Assembly: GCA_020891255.1 (NCBI GenBank)
Contig: BQFW01000015.1
Coordinates: forward strand, 2,542,001-2,606,000
Length of the DNA: 64,000 bases
Direction of reading: 5' to 3'
Origin: Entomortierella parvispora E1425
Taxonomy: Eukaryota; Fungi; Mortierellomycota
The notes under the pieces were generated by a model. That model was not told where the DNA came from. It saw only the letters and a list, made by a program, of their open reading frames with translations, and did not search any database. A program made the position numbers and the translations under genes. Position 1 is the first letter of the stretch. Each line of letters starts with the position of its first letter. Positions 49,766 through 61,825 of the stretch are shown here, piece by piece.

Positions 49766-51424
49766 TTACAAGAGCTGAGGAGAGCGGGAGACAAAGGCAA
49801 AGATCAAGCCCGAGGTCAAACCTGCCGCAGGGAGGGTAGCCACCCATCCAGCAAAGACCCCGAGGAGCAATTTCCAGTTCAAAGACTTGAAGCCACCGCC
49901 GGACAAGAGACCAATGGCAGTGGTGGCACCGGTGATGCAGTGAGTAGAAGAGACGGGGAGGGCCAGCTTGGAGCAAGTCAAGATGGTGATCGACGTCCCC
50001 ATCTCGGCCGAGAAACCGCGGGTGGGGGACATGTAGGTGACCTTGTTGCCAAGGGTTCGCATGACGTGGTAACCATAAGTCATCAAACCGAGATCAATGG
50101 CCACACCGCCAAAAGCCAAGATCCACACGGGGACGGGGGCCTTGGAGACGTCGATGTTGGCGTTCTGCCAGATGTAGTAGATGGTGGCGAGGGGCCCGAT
50201 GGCGTTGGCGACGTCATTGGAACCGTGGGCAAAAGAAGTGAAGCAGGCCGTGATGACCTGAACGGCAGAGAAGAGACGCTCCGTGTCATTGTCAAACTTT
50301 GTGGCATTGGCGTGGACCTCGTTGATGGTGGCGTTCTCGGTCGAGTTGATATCGTGGCGAAGACCGGAAAGCGCCATGTTCAACAAACGCTTGGCAAAGG
50401 TGGGCTTGTCAGCCTCCTCCAAAGCGACGAGGGAGGGGTTGGCCTGGCCCTCGGTCACCTCAATAGCCGAGTCAATGTTCTTCTCGCCCTTGAAGGGAGC
50501 CTGGGCCATCTCCTCCTGGTCGACCGTGGCCTTGACGCGCTTGCCGACAAAGGGAATGTAGAAGAGGTGGTACCACTTGAGGTCCTCGTTGTCCTGGATC
50601 TTGCGGCGCAAGAAGGGGCTCAAGAAGAACAAGCACCAGGCAAAGACAACAGCACCGGTGCCGACAGCGATGGCGACGGGGATACCGATAGACTTTGTTT
50701 TGAGGTCAGACTTGGGGGCGCCCTTGAAGATGATGTAGAAGATGTTGATAGTGATGGCGACTCCAAAGTAGGCGGGGATGGCAATCAAACCACGACGGAA
50801 AGAGTTGTCGTGCTTGAGAACAACGTGCTTGGTGAACAAGAAGAAGACGGAGCAGACAAGACCGGCAGCGACGGGGGAGATGACCCAGGACAGCACAATC
50901 TTGGTAATTCCAGACCACTGAATACCATCCGTACCAAAGGCAGAGAGACCAGCACCGCAGATGGCACCAACAATAGCGTGGGTGGTCGAGACGGGCCATC
51001 CACGGGAGGAAGCAAACAAAACCCAGGTGGAAGAACCGATTAAGGCACAGACCATGGTGAGCTGGGAAAAGAATGAAAAATAAAGTCGTTAATCACCGAG
51101 CTGTGGGTATGAGAACAGGAACAGGCAGATCTGCTGTTGGACAAGTTGAATCGTTACCATAAGAACTTCGGGGGTTTGAGCATAGAGCTTGGTGTCAACG
51201 ATACCACCCTTGATGGTCTCGGTGGTGTTGGCACCGAGGAGGAAAGCACCTCCAAACTCGCAGAAGCAGGCAATGATCAAGGCCTGGGCCAAAGTGATGG
51301 AGCCCGAACCGACCGAGGTGGCAAAGGAGTTGGCAACGTCGTTCGCTCCGATGCCAAAGGCATCCATGAAGGCAAAGATCAAGCCGATCACGAAGAGGAA
51401 GGTGTACTCATGAGGGTTCATCAT
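49766..51424 (-). CDS. PHO89: PiT-family Na+/phosphate symporter (exons 51424-51158, 51061-49766)
   Basis: GIGANDVANSFATSV, PVSTTHAIVG, FAHGSNDVANAIGP, LPVSSTHCITG. Confidence 0.96.
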
Positions 51425-51535
51425 CTTGAAAGATAGGTGAGAAGACTCAAGGAGAGAATGGGGAGAAGAAAGAGGAGTGAGGAGGGTGTGGATCAAAAGC
51501 GATGAGAAAAAAAAAATACGGTAAGTTGGACCTTG

Positions 51536-51543
51536 TATTTATA
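51536..51543 (-). promoter_or_regulatory. TATA box candidate for PHO89
   Basis: TATAAATA on minus strand about 110 bp upstream of the ATG. Confidence 0.5.
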
Positions 51544-52402
51544 CCACGGATTCACCTCTCTCCTCACGATAACAAAGTACCATGTAACGGCCCTGTTCCT
51601 TCGGTCGTCTGGTCCTATTTCCCGGGCTACAAGAAGTCTAATCGCACGAGTGAGGGCCTCGTGGGTGTCTGCATGGATGTTCATACGAGGTCTGAGAGGC
51701 AGAGACTGAGATATTTTGTGTCAGACCAAAAAGGGCGAGAGGGAAGACGCGACTTAAGAATCTCTAGAAGCCCACAGCACAAGCTCTCCAGCAGGCTAGG
51801 ACTGCCCATGTGGGGTGGAGGAGACGACGTATGAGGACGAACACGGCCTGGAGTCAGTGTCTCTGATCTGAAGATATGATCTGAAGATAGTGGAAGGCTG
51901 CGTCCCCGGTACGCGAAATGCCAGCGGTGGAATTTCGGAGACGGTGAAACGCGAGCAATCACCGCCCGCGAGGGGCCACCGTGCGGGGACAAGCTCGAGG
52001 TGGAACCCGGCGGAGTCACTTTTTGCTCTGGCGGCAGCCCTTCGTTCCCTCCGCTGTGCAGGCTGGAAGGGCCCACGCCTGCGTGGATGGATGCCTGCCT
52101 CGAGTCTGGCTGTACCTGAAAAACAAACCCTGTTGCTCGTGTGTGCTTCGTCGTGTGGCCCATCTTTCAGTGCATTGGTTCAGAAGAGGGTCCTGGCGCC
52201 CATTTTCTTGACTTCTAGGATTTCCGAGGAGGGTAAGACACGCACAACCCACTTTTGCACAGCAAGATTGAAGCAGCCAAAGAGAGGCACATTCTCATTT
52301 TGAATATAAGATGAAGAGTTTCATTATCACTGCCCTTGATGCACAGGCAGTGTTGATGCTAGGATAGAGCAAACTTGGGCTACTTGTTTTTTTCTTTCTT
52401 AT

Positions 52403-54253
52403 TCACTGCTGTTGGAGATCGTCCAGATAACTCTGTCGATGGCTGCTATGACTGCCGCGTCTGTTGGTCCTCAATCGGACAACGACTTCTTCTGAGGGCT
52501 CACCCCCCTCCCTGGACTTCTCCGCTTCAGGTTCAACCAGCAAAGGCACCCTTGGTGTCGTGGGGGTTCTGGGCGTCAAGGACATGTCATTGTCCAAAGT
52601 CGTATTGAGCTTGGCTCGACCTTCAAAGACTGCTGCGCCATTGCGACTGACAGTCGACGCCTTGGCCTCCAAGCCACCACCACCAGTACCATTACGTTCT
52701 TGCCGCTCATCTTCGTAGGTTTGACTTTGATCAGAAGGACTAGAAGGCGACCAACGACTGGCGTTGTGCAGAGGAGAAGGCGCAGTGGTCCCGTTCGCTG
52801 CTCCTGGTGCTATCGACGAGGACGAAGGTGAGGTAGAGATTCCCAGAGGCGCCGTGGTCGATGAATGAGACCCCGAACGACGAGGACGCTGGAGTCTTGG
52901 AGACTTTGACAATGGAGAGTTGGAAGTCTCTTCCCCATCATCTCTCCAGAGACGGACATGGGCCGAGGCACTGTCAGGGATGATGATGCTGTTACGTTTT
53001 CGGTACCAGGCGTTGCCCTCGTTTGTCGATCCAGTCGCTCCAGTCGCTCCAGGACCCTGAGGACTGGAAGAAAAGGCCCCGGGCGAGAACTTGTTGGCAA
53101 TGACGGTTGGAGGACTTGGGGTAGAGTTGCCCACCAACCGTCGATCCATCACATTCGTTTGAGCACTGCTCGAGAGCGATGTGGAGGAGGTAGAAGGTGT
53201 AGGGCCACCTCTTGAGCCAGAGCTAGAAGAACCACTTGTCAGAGATAGACCAAGGGTCAAGTCGACTTGGCTGTTGTTCTGGGTTCGGAAAGGATCCTGC
53301 AAGCCAGCCGAGAGAGGAGGTGATGCAAAAGGATTCTGGCTCTCATCCATTGTACCAGCGCTGGAAGGCGATATTGGAAAGTGTGGGCTATTTTGGTCTG
53401 GCAAGAAGGGTGAAAACTGTTGCTGAAGCTGTTGCTGGAAAGGGTGAGTCTGTTGATTTTGTGAGGAATGGGGATAGATGCCGATCTGGAGTTCAGGGGA
53501 CCCATGCTGTTGACTGTATCCAGGGCCTGCGGACCGAATCAACGACGATGTACCCAGAAAGTTGGAAGAGTCACTGCTGGTCATGGCAGACTGTGGGGGC
53601 AAGGGTGTGGGTGTGATGCTTTGTCGACGCGAATAAACCTGTGCAACCTCCATGAACGAATTCCGAGCATTGTCATGGAGACCGACGCGAGTGGCTGCCG
53701 CAGCGCTGGTTCCTACCGCGGTGCCCACACCCCCAATGATACCCCCCTTGGGCGAGTTGGAAGCGGTGGAAGAAGGGGGGCTCGACTTTTGTTTCTTTTG
53801 CTTCGTGTCATAGTCATCAATCATGACGGTAACCAACTCCGATTTCTCGTCATCTGCTTTCAACCCCCCAAGACCTCCTACCCCCTTCTCGTCTCCGCCC
53901 TCTGGCATCTCGGAGAGGCGTTTCTTCTTTTGTTCTGCCCTCTTATTCTTGTGTGTGATATAATGGGTTGCCACCACTCCCAGGAGAAACAAGACACCGA
54001 CAACGATTCCCAGGGAGATCAACACCGTTTGGATGGTGGGGCTCACTTCAATGTCAGGTGCTTTGCCCCCGACCCCATTAGCGCTGGAGGGAGTCGTTGG
54101 TTCACCAGAGACCGGGGCAACTGGGTCATTTCCGTTGCCGTCAGTAAATGTGGGCGGGGTGATATCATCCTGAAAGATGGATCCGGGAACGATGGCGTTG
54201 ATTTCCACGGGAGGAGGCGAGATCCCGTAGGCGTCTGCAGTATCTGTCGACAT
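52403..54253 (-). CDS. Single-pass membrane protein with long disordered S/P/G-rich cytosolic tail, function unknown
   Basis: 616-aa ORF; one hydrophobic segment VLISLGIVVGVLFLLGVVATHYI followed by basic KNKRAEQKKKR; no signal peptide seen. Confidence 0.8.
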   Translation of the reverse strand: MSTDTADAYGISPPPVEINAIVPGSIFQDDITPPTFTDGNGNDPVAPVSGEPTTPSSANGVGGKAPDIEVSPTIQTVLISLGIVVGVLFLLGVVATHYITHKNKRAEQKKKRLSEMPEGGDEKGVGGLGGLKADDEKSELVTVMIDDYDTKQKKQKSSPPSSTASNSPKGGIIGGVGTAVGTSAAAATRVGLHDNARNSFMEVAQVYSRRQSITPTPLPPQSAMTSSDSSNFLGTSSLIRSAGPGYSQQHGSPELQIGIYPHSSQNQQTHPFQQQLQQQFSPFLPDQNSPHFPISPSSAGTMDESQNPFASPPLSAGLQDPFRTQNNSQVDLTLGLSLTSGSSSSGSRGGPTPSTSSTSLSSSAQTNVMDRRLVGNSTPSPPTVIANKFSPGAFSSSPQGPGATGATGSTNEGNAWYRKRNSIIIPDSASAHVRLWRDDGEETSNSPLSKSPRLQRPRRSGSHSSTTAPLGISTSPSSSSIAPGAANGTTAPSPLHNASRWSPSSPSDQSQTYEDERQERNGTGGGGLEAKASTVSRNGAAVFEGRAKLNTTLDNDMSLTPRTPTTPRVPLLVEPEAEKSREGGEPSEEVVVRLRTNRRGSHSSHRQSYLDDLQQQ

Positions 54254-56321
54254 GGCTGAAGGGAGAGAGACGGGTCTCTAGATATATTCTCTTTCCTTGG
54301 ACTCTACCCACTGCTTATGACAGGGAATGCAAGAGATGAGCGGGATGGATGTCGCGCACGGTTATGGGTTATATGAAGATGGCTGTCAAGAGATGAAAGA
54401 GGGGCGAAGGGCGATGGCGTGAGTAATGTTTGGGTGCCAGAGAAATAGCACAGTGGCAACAGGGTGAAAGAAGAAAGAATGAGAGTCTGGGAAAAGAAAA
54501 AAGAACAAGAGGGCGAGGCAGAGGCAGAGGTAAAGACAGAGGGAGAAGGCGAGAGCTAGAGAGAGAGGGAAGGAACCAGGTTTGTGGACCGCGGCAATGA
54601 GATAGAAAGGGGGATTGAATACGATGTAAAGAAACGTGCTGCCTTACTACTGTAGGAGCGAGACTCTCCAGACTTGCATGAGCCAGTACACAGATGCATC
54701 ATTGGCTGGAGAAACACTCTTTTTCTTTCTTTCTTTCTTTCTTTCTCTCTTTCCAAAACGGAGAAACGCAATCCAGAGAAAGACGAAAAAGACAGAGAGA
54801 GGCAGGGAAGGAGAAAAGAGAGAAAAAAAAAAGAGAGAACCAGAGAAGAAAAAAAAAAGAGAAAACAGGAAGGGGTTGTCCATTCCTGCCCTTGATATAT
54901 TGCCGGCAAGAAAGGAGACAGAAACGGCAACGACATATGTTTATCCCCATATTCACCAGCAATGGTCCAGGGGAAAGCGCGCAGGAAGGGACAGGAGAGT
55001 GGGGCCCAGCCTGAAGACGGCTTGACCCTGCGACGGCTGGACGGGCACGTGTAAAAGACGGAGGTGGCGACAACTGCGCGCAGGAGAGCAAGAGTCTGTG
55101 CGCTGAGAGCGCGCGCGAAAGCGTGGTTCTGGCGCGAACTCTGACCTGCTGTGGCGGTGAGCCGGATCTTGAGGTATTTGGCGTAAGTAAGCTCCGAGTC
55201 GGGGAAGAAGGACAAAAAGACAAAGCAAGAACGTGGACACGGAAAGAAGCCTTTCCAAAGGCGAGAAGTAGGCACATGGACGATCTTGAGTCCTCCACAG
55301 GCTGGGTACGCGTCTGGTGTCTAAAGTTGACTTTTTAGGACAATGGTTCACCTTGTGGACAGTACGGATGACGACAAACAGATAATGTGCACGTTCTTGC
55401 GTTTTATCTTCCATTCGAGAAGGACCAAGCCCTAATGCAGGGTCTACTTGTGGCTATAGCTCAGGATCTGTGGGTGTTTGTCAGAATGGTGTATTTGATT
55501 GACACCAGCAATGGGAGGAGCGTCGTGCAAAGACCACTTCCACGAGGAAATGAAAGGAAAGGCCACGTTGCACAAAGAAAGGACAGAAGCGCGGGAACAC
55601 AAGACAGGGTCAGTCGCGTGTCCCTGTAAGTGCCTTACATGGTCTCTGCTGGGCTTGGGAGGGTTGCCTGTCCCTGTGTCCGTGTTCTTGCCCTTGCCTG
55701 TCTGTGCTGCTGTGCCCCGACGATAGTCTTTCCCGTGGCTCTCTGTCTCTCTCGTGCGTCGTTTTGTTCCCAGCAGTAGAAGCGACAGGCGGTCGCCATC
55801 CCCTGGTCCATCCTGGGATCATGATCGCCCTCGCTCTCTCTCATGTTATTGACAGCAACGGCGGTCGCTTGTTTCTTTGCGACTTTACGACCATTGGACG
55901 AACCCCTTTCTTTCTCTGCTTTCTTTTGGCTTCCTTATTTTTTGTTCCAACTCCTGGTTTCTTTTCTCCCTTCGCAATCTCCCCCTTTATTTCTTCCCGT
56001 CTCTCTTTTCCAGCTTGAACCCCTTGTTTCCAAATCTGAGCAAGGTCTTTCTTTTCTGCTCCAAAAAGAACGGAGGGTCTTTGGTGTGCAGCCAAGAGGT
56101 CGTCGGCGATGCTGCCTGGTGAGCAATAAGGCCAAGGCAGCGATAGAGCGGGCTCCCCCTGCCGCATTCTCCCTCTCTTGTCTTTGGGACCTCCATAACC
56201 TTACAAAAAAACCACTCTCTGTTCTCTCTTTCATTCGCTTCCTTCCCTCTCTTCCCTTCCCTTGTCTAATCCTGCCTCCGGCCATCCTCCTCTTTCCCTC
56301 TCTCTTCTCTTACCCGCTCTC

Positions 56322-56362
<41 letters not shown>

Positions 56363-56539
56363 TCTCTTCTTTACAACACGCGCCAAGTTCAACCGTCCGT
56401 CCGTCATCACCCTCTTCTCTCTCTCTCTCTCTTTCTTTTCGCTCTCTTCCCTTCCTGTCTTCTCTCGTTGCCTCTCGCTCTCCAGGTCGTTGACGCGGAC
56501 ATTAGTTGCCCTTCCTGTCCGCACCGCCGTTCAATCCAG

Positions 56540-56545
56540 GTAAGC
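56540..56545 (+). other. Probable 5'-UTR intron donor of the HMG2 gene
   Basis: CAG|GTAAGC consensus donor after a CT-rich tract; acceptor not identified (candidate cgtcag near 57525). Confidence 0.35.
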
Positions 56546-57560
56546 AAACCAAACGTCACACACATATCCTCCCTGCTCACTTGCACATAGGAACACACAC
56601 AACATATACACACAACACAAACGCATGCGTTTGCATTCCCCTCCCCTTCTATCGACCCATCCCCCCCGTTCCGTCCATCCCCCTCTTGACCGTTGGCCCT
56701 GTCGGATGCAACCTATCCTCCACCCGCACCCCCCGGATTTTTATCCTCTCTGTCTCTCTCTCTCTCTCTGTCTCATTTGTTCTCTCTCTCTTCCCCTTCC
56801 TGCTCTCGTGGTCTGTGTCCGTGTTACCACTTTTTGTCTGCAACGACCTTTTTGTCTGCAGGCACATCCCACGCACGCGATCTAAGATAACGGAAGGGGA
56901 GAAGGGATACAGAAGGAGACGATCAAGAGACGATCATGACATGATCGTCTCCCGCGTGCTTCTATCTAATCAGATATCTGCCCGAGGATGCAGCAGATGG
57001 TGTCTTTCCATACCTCGCGATTATGAGTATCGGGAATACCACCTCTACATCGCCACCAGCGAACACAGCCATTTGCTTTTGTTGTATTTTTACATTATGA
57101 TCTATTTACTTGCCCATGATCTTCTCGAGTCCCATAATGAAATGGGTTGGGGGGAACGGCACCCCACCGCACCTGACTTGAGGGCTTTTCTTTCAGATGG
57201 CTCCATTGAGTTAAAGAGATTCACACAGATGGGGTATCGAGTATTTGAGCTGGTCGACAAGAGTAGTTAGCCAGAACAAAACGGTGCATGTGGTGTGGGA
57301 GCGGGAGGGGCAGTAACAAAACGAGATGCTCGTGCCAATGACGCGGTTGCGCGCTGCTATCTTTTTTTGTGGGGATGTGGAAACAAGCGGGACCTCCTCT
57401 CCTTTGGGTCAATGGGTTCTTCCCTTTCCCCCTCTTGGTCTTTCAGGGCTGCAAGATCTTTTTGTTAACCATCTTTTTCTCTCATCCCTTCCTTCTCCTG
57501 CCCCTGTTTTTTTTCAACTCGTCAGCAGAGAACAAGACCAGAAAAGCAAACACGCGGTGT

Positions 57561-60021
57561 ATGTCCCATCTTTATTCTTTTGCTTCCCATTTCGAGCCCG
57601 ATCATCCCTTGCATCCAGGTCATCTAGCCACACTCCGCCACGGCAACTACGAGGTCCAACACCACTCAACCCACCATCACAGCAGCCCCGACGACAGCCG
57701 CTACGACTTGAATAGCCCTTCCTCTCACCACACTATGAACTATAACCCCCACGGCAATACCAGCAGCAACAATAACAACAGTCGAAACTACTTCAACAAC
57801 CATCACCCCCACAGCGCGTATTCCACCGGCGGTCCTGGCACCCCTCCTCCTCTTCTTCCTCCATTACAATCCAATCACATTTACGGTTCCTCTTCTGGCT
57901 CTTTGACCTCTTCTTCCTCGGACGGTTCGCATCCCTTTCATTTCCATTCTTCTGCTGATCTCGGCCCAGCCTCCGCTTCTTCCTCAAGTGCAACAACCTC
58001 GGGTGCATCTCCTACGACTGCTGGTACAACTCCTTTGACCTCAACAGACAACTTGCTAGATACAGCCACAGTCGAAGATTTGAACCCTTCCAACCATTAT
58101 CGACACGCTTCCTTTTCTAGAAAGGAAGACGATCCCTTGAGGAGAATTCATCACCACACTAATAGCAACACCATGATGATGATGCCACCCTTGCCCCATC
58201 CACAGCAAATCTTGGACGATGCCCTACAGAAGGGTGGCGGTGGCGGGGGAGGAGGAGGGCCGCCTCAACAGCAACAGCAACAACAACAACAGCAGCAGCA
58301 GCAGCAGACATACCAAGGTCAGCAGCAACAATTACAACAGCAACAGCAACAACAATTGCACCAACAACAGCAACAGCTTCAACGACAGCCACAGCAGCCT
58401 TCGGCTTATCCCTCTGTACTTTCGCATCAATACGCTCCACCACAACCTCACCAGCAGCAGCAACCGCAACAACAGCAGCAACAACAGTTTCACCCTGGTG
58501 GCACGAGCAGTGCTGGTGGACTTTCGCACTTGTTGCACAATGGGAATCCAAGCAATTTGTATGGTGCAGAGATGCATCAGCAACATCAGCAACAACAACA
58601 AGCACAACAACAACAGCAACAGCAGCAGCAACAACAGCAACGCTACATGGATCCATCGATGCAACATCTTTTGAACCGAACTAATTCAAGAAGTGGAGAC
58701 CTGCACTGGCAATCTTCCCCGCAACAAGGGATGATGAGCATACCTGGCACACCCGGTCCTGTCCATGTGGGTATCACCCCATCGGCCTCCACATCGTCAA
58801 TAGCGAGTACGGGAGCCACCGCACCTCCACCTTCCTCTGGGGGAGGCGGAGGAACCAACAGCGGGGGGCCCGTCAGAAATCCAACCGGTGCACAGGGTCG
58901 TGCGGTGGCCAAGCAACGAAGTCGTGATTTCGGTGGTTTAGAAAGTCCAACAAATGGTGTTAGTAATGGCGCCCCAACCAATCCACCCACCACCAACGGC
59001 AGCGGAGGGATGGTCTCAAGTATGGGCGGCGGCCTTGGAGGTTCTCTCTCTTCAGTGAACGATCGTCTCGGTTGGGGAGGGATGGTCGGAGCCGGCATGC
59101 ATCCTTCCCCTTATGGAGCCGAGTACTCACACCACCAGCAACAGCACCCATCCCAGCACCACGCCCAACAGCCGCACCATCCTCAACATCAACAACAGCA
59201 TCCACAGCAACAACACGTATACCATGTACAACAGCAGCATCAGCAACAACATCAGCAACAACAACAGCATCCGTTTGGTCTTCATCAAATGCAACAGATG
59301 CAACGGCTTGGAGGTATGCCCGGTCATCATCATCGTCCAATGGGCCTGCCTCAAGGGATGGGTCATATCCATGCGGGGATGATGGGAGCACCAGGCATGG
59401 GACAAGGAGGGGCTGGACTGGGCGTCATGCCTGGTGGAATGGGTGGAGGGGGCCTGGGAGGCCTTGGAGGAGGCTTGGGTGGCTCTGCGGTCTTGTCAAA
59501 GAAAAAGATGAAACGTCCAGTGCCAACCATTCCAGTACCCAAAGATAAAAATTGTCCGAAGCGGCCAAGAAACTCGTATATCTTTTTCACTTTGATGAAG
59601 AGGTAGGTTGGATAAAGATCAAAAAGAGAAAAAAGAAAGAAAGAAAAGGCCGTCGACCCGACAAGAACTTGTTTGTTGTGCTCAATTGCTAACGGTTTTC
59701 ATTTGTCATCCACGTCGACTTTTTGCATGAATTAGGGATGATATCAAGAAGCAGCATCCAGAGTTCAAGCCAACAGAGATCACAAAGATGCTTGGTGAAG
59801 AGTGGCAAAAGCTATCCGAAACCGAGAAGGAGTCTTATGGCACCATGGCTGAGAACGACAAGAAGCGGTATCAGACAGAGATGGAGGCCTACGATTCGAC
59901 CAATACTGGCGGAGGTGTCGGGCCTATGAATTCTGGCATGGTGAACCATGGAGGTGTCGGTAGTCAGGGAAGCGGAGGTACTCCAGGAGGCATGGCCGAT
60001 CACCTTCCTTGGCGGATGTAG
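57561..60021 (+). CDS. HMGB/NHP6-type HMG-box protein with long polyQ/His/Gly-rich N-terminal region (exons 57561-59602, 59736-60021)
   Basis: PKDKNCPKRPRNSYIFFTLMK|RDDIKKQHPEFKPTEITKMLGEEWQKLSETEKESYGTMAENDKKRYQTEMEAY. Confidence 0.9.
58268..58640 (+). repeat. (CAG/CAA)n polyglutamine-coding tracts
   Basis: Several mixed CAG/CAA runs seen directly. Confidence 0.9.
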
Positions 60022-60249
60022 GCTTTGACCTTTGTTTCTACAATAAAAAGGCGGACGGGGTAACTCGATATCCATGGTGAAATATATATTGAGAGAGTGC
60101 AGTCTTAATGAGGGACTCCCCTGACATCCCGTCCGATGTATATGGTGCCTATGTGGCCAACCTTTGCAGAACAGCTGCGCGTTTATCGTCCAGGTTTGGC
60201 ATTGAAAAGAGAGGCATGGAGGGCGCAAGAATAAATATGTTTTTGTTCT

Positions 60250-61596
60250 TTATTTTTTTCTCTTGGTCGCGCTGTAAGCGTCGTTCAAGTATTTTGATGC
60301 CACTTGAGATGCTGTCTTCGTATCCACTACCGCTGCAACCTTTGCCCAATCTCGTCCATACTGTTTGAGGCCATCCTTAAGCTTTTCAACCTCATCTGCA
60401 GTCCATCGTTTTCCCTTTTGGAGCTTGAAGTGGGAATCAAATCGCCTTTGACAGCTCTCTGCTTGCCGTGTCCCATGATCCAACGCCACTCGATGCCAGT
60501 CCACAGTCTTTAGTTGGTCCGCGTTCAATTTGGGCCAGCTCTCCTTTTCTCCGAGTTTCTTCAATGATCCGTTCAAATCTTCCAGTACTTGTGACCTTTC
60601 ATCTATTCCATTTTCCTCATGGTTCGGAATGCTAGGGTTGGAGATCGAGTTCATTCGGATGCCAAGCTGGCTGTAGACTGATTTCATCAACAGATGATCC
60701 TCGTCTGCAGTCCATGTATTCCCAGAATTTAGGACAAACGGTTGAGTTTGGAGTCGATTTAGTCTCGCCAAGCACGTATGATGGGTTCGCGTCATTGCCA
60801 GACCCTGTCTTTCCACGGGGTCACTTAGCATGAGGGCCAGTTCATGGCTCCACCGATCTGGATTTCTGTCCTTGGCTTTCTGAACAAGACCCTTTAAGAT
60901 ATCATCCTCCTCTTCCGTCCAGTAAATCATGGGCTTTTTGAGTCCTGCTGAGGTGATAATAGCCCCGTGACTCTGCGCACTGCTGTAATCGCTATCTTGT
61001 CCTTTTTCTTCACCCAAGACAGAAGCTGACACCATCCTTTTCCCAATGATGCGACCAGAGTCTGAAAGAAGACCCCTCAAGTGAACAGCGATGGCTTCCT
61101 GAGTTCTGCCTGGGAGGTCTTTCAGCATCTCCAGAGTTGTGACGCCGGCGTCATGCAGTTCCAAGAGTCGAGCATTCTCCTGCGGGCTCCACCTTTTGCG
61201 AGGGATAAGTTCCGTGATTTTGGGAAGTTGGCAGGCGATTGCTGGCCTTGAACGACCAGGAAAGAAGGATAAGATCGATCGGATGGTGGGATTCCTTCCG
61301 TCCGAGTAGAAATATTTGAGACGATCCAATTCATCTTTTGACCAGGCCATAGGGGAATTCCTGACTGAGCGGGGCTTTCTCTTCTTAGGCTCCGTCGGAG
61401 GTGTACTTGGGACCGATGCTTGTGGAGCCATGGTTCCATTCACAGCGATTGAGTTGATCAAGTCGACATGGAAAAGTCGTGATGGTGGTGAAACGCGCAT
61501 GGCGGTCAATGAGATCACCAGAGTTGATGGTCTGTTGATCAATGGCATCCATGAACACGCATTGTGGATGCTCTTTGAATGCAACGCAGCGAACAT
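60250..61596 (-). CDS. Intronless multi-repeat Myb/SANT protein, tandem copy 1
   Basis: 448-aa ORF with five W-S/T-x-E-E/D repeats, DWHRVA, YGRDWAKVAAVVDTKTASQVASKY. Confidence 0.88.
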   Translation of the reverse strand: MFAALHSKSIHNACSWMPLINRPSTLVISLTAMRVSPPSRLFHVDLINSIAVNGTMAPQASVPSTPPTEPKKRKPRSVRNSPMAWSKDELDRLKYFYSDGRNPTIRSILSFFPGRSRPAIACQLPKITELIPRKRWSPQENARLLELHDAGVTTLEMLKDLPGRTQEAIAVHLRGLLSDSGRIIGKRMVSASVLGEEKGQDSDYSSAQSHGAIITSAGLKKPMIYWTEEEDDILKGLVQKAKDRNPDRWSHELALMLSDPVERQGLAMTRTHHTCLARLNRLQTQPFVLNSGNTWTADEDHLLMKSVYSQLGIRMNSISNPSIPNHEENGIDERSQVLEDLNGSLKKLGEKESWPKLNADQLKTVDWHRVALDHGTRQAESCQRRFDSHFKLQKGKRWTADEVEKLKDGLKQYGRDWAKVAAVVDTKTASQVASKYLNDAYSATKRKK

Positions 61597-61825
61597 GTCC
61601 GATGAATCCTGTCCTCTGCTGTTCTGCTGTCCTGGCTGTCTTTTTTGGGCTGATCGTGTTGAGGAAAGAGAGAGAGGTTTTTTTTTTTATATTATAATAT
61701 ATCTGTGACGACAAAATCATTCGCCCGAATCGCGTCCTTGCCTCATGCCAGAAAATCTACGCATGTCCGTTGCCACGTTTGACAAAGACGAGAGAGGTCA
61801 AGCCAGGGGAAATGAGGATAGGACA

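Noticed and set aside
39972-51043. Long antisense ORFs over genes (e.g. 49721-51043 +, 39972-40697 -, 47107-47868 -)
   Set aside because: Shadow frames caused by codon bias of the real genes on the opposite strand.
55452-55520. GGCTATAGCTCAG resembles a tRNA 5' end / A box
   Set aside because: No T-loop (GTTCRA) or acceptor-stem complement at the proper distance.
54300-57560. Numerous ORFs in the divergent intergenic region
   Set aside because: Low-complexity purine/pyrimidine tracts; likely promoters and UTR introns.
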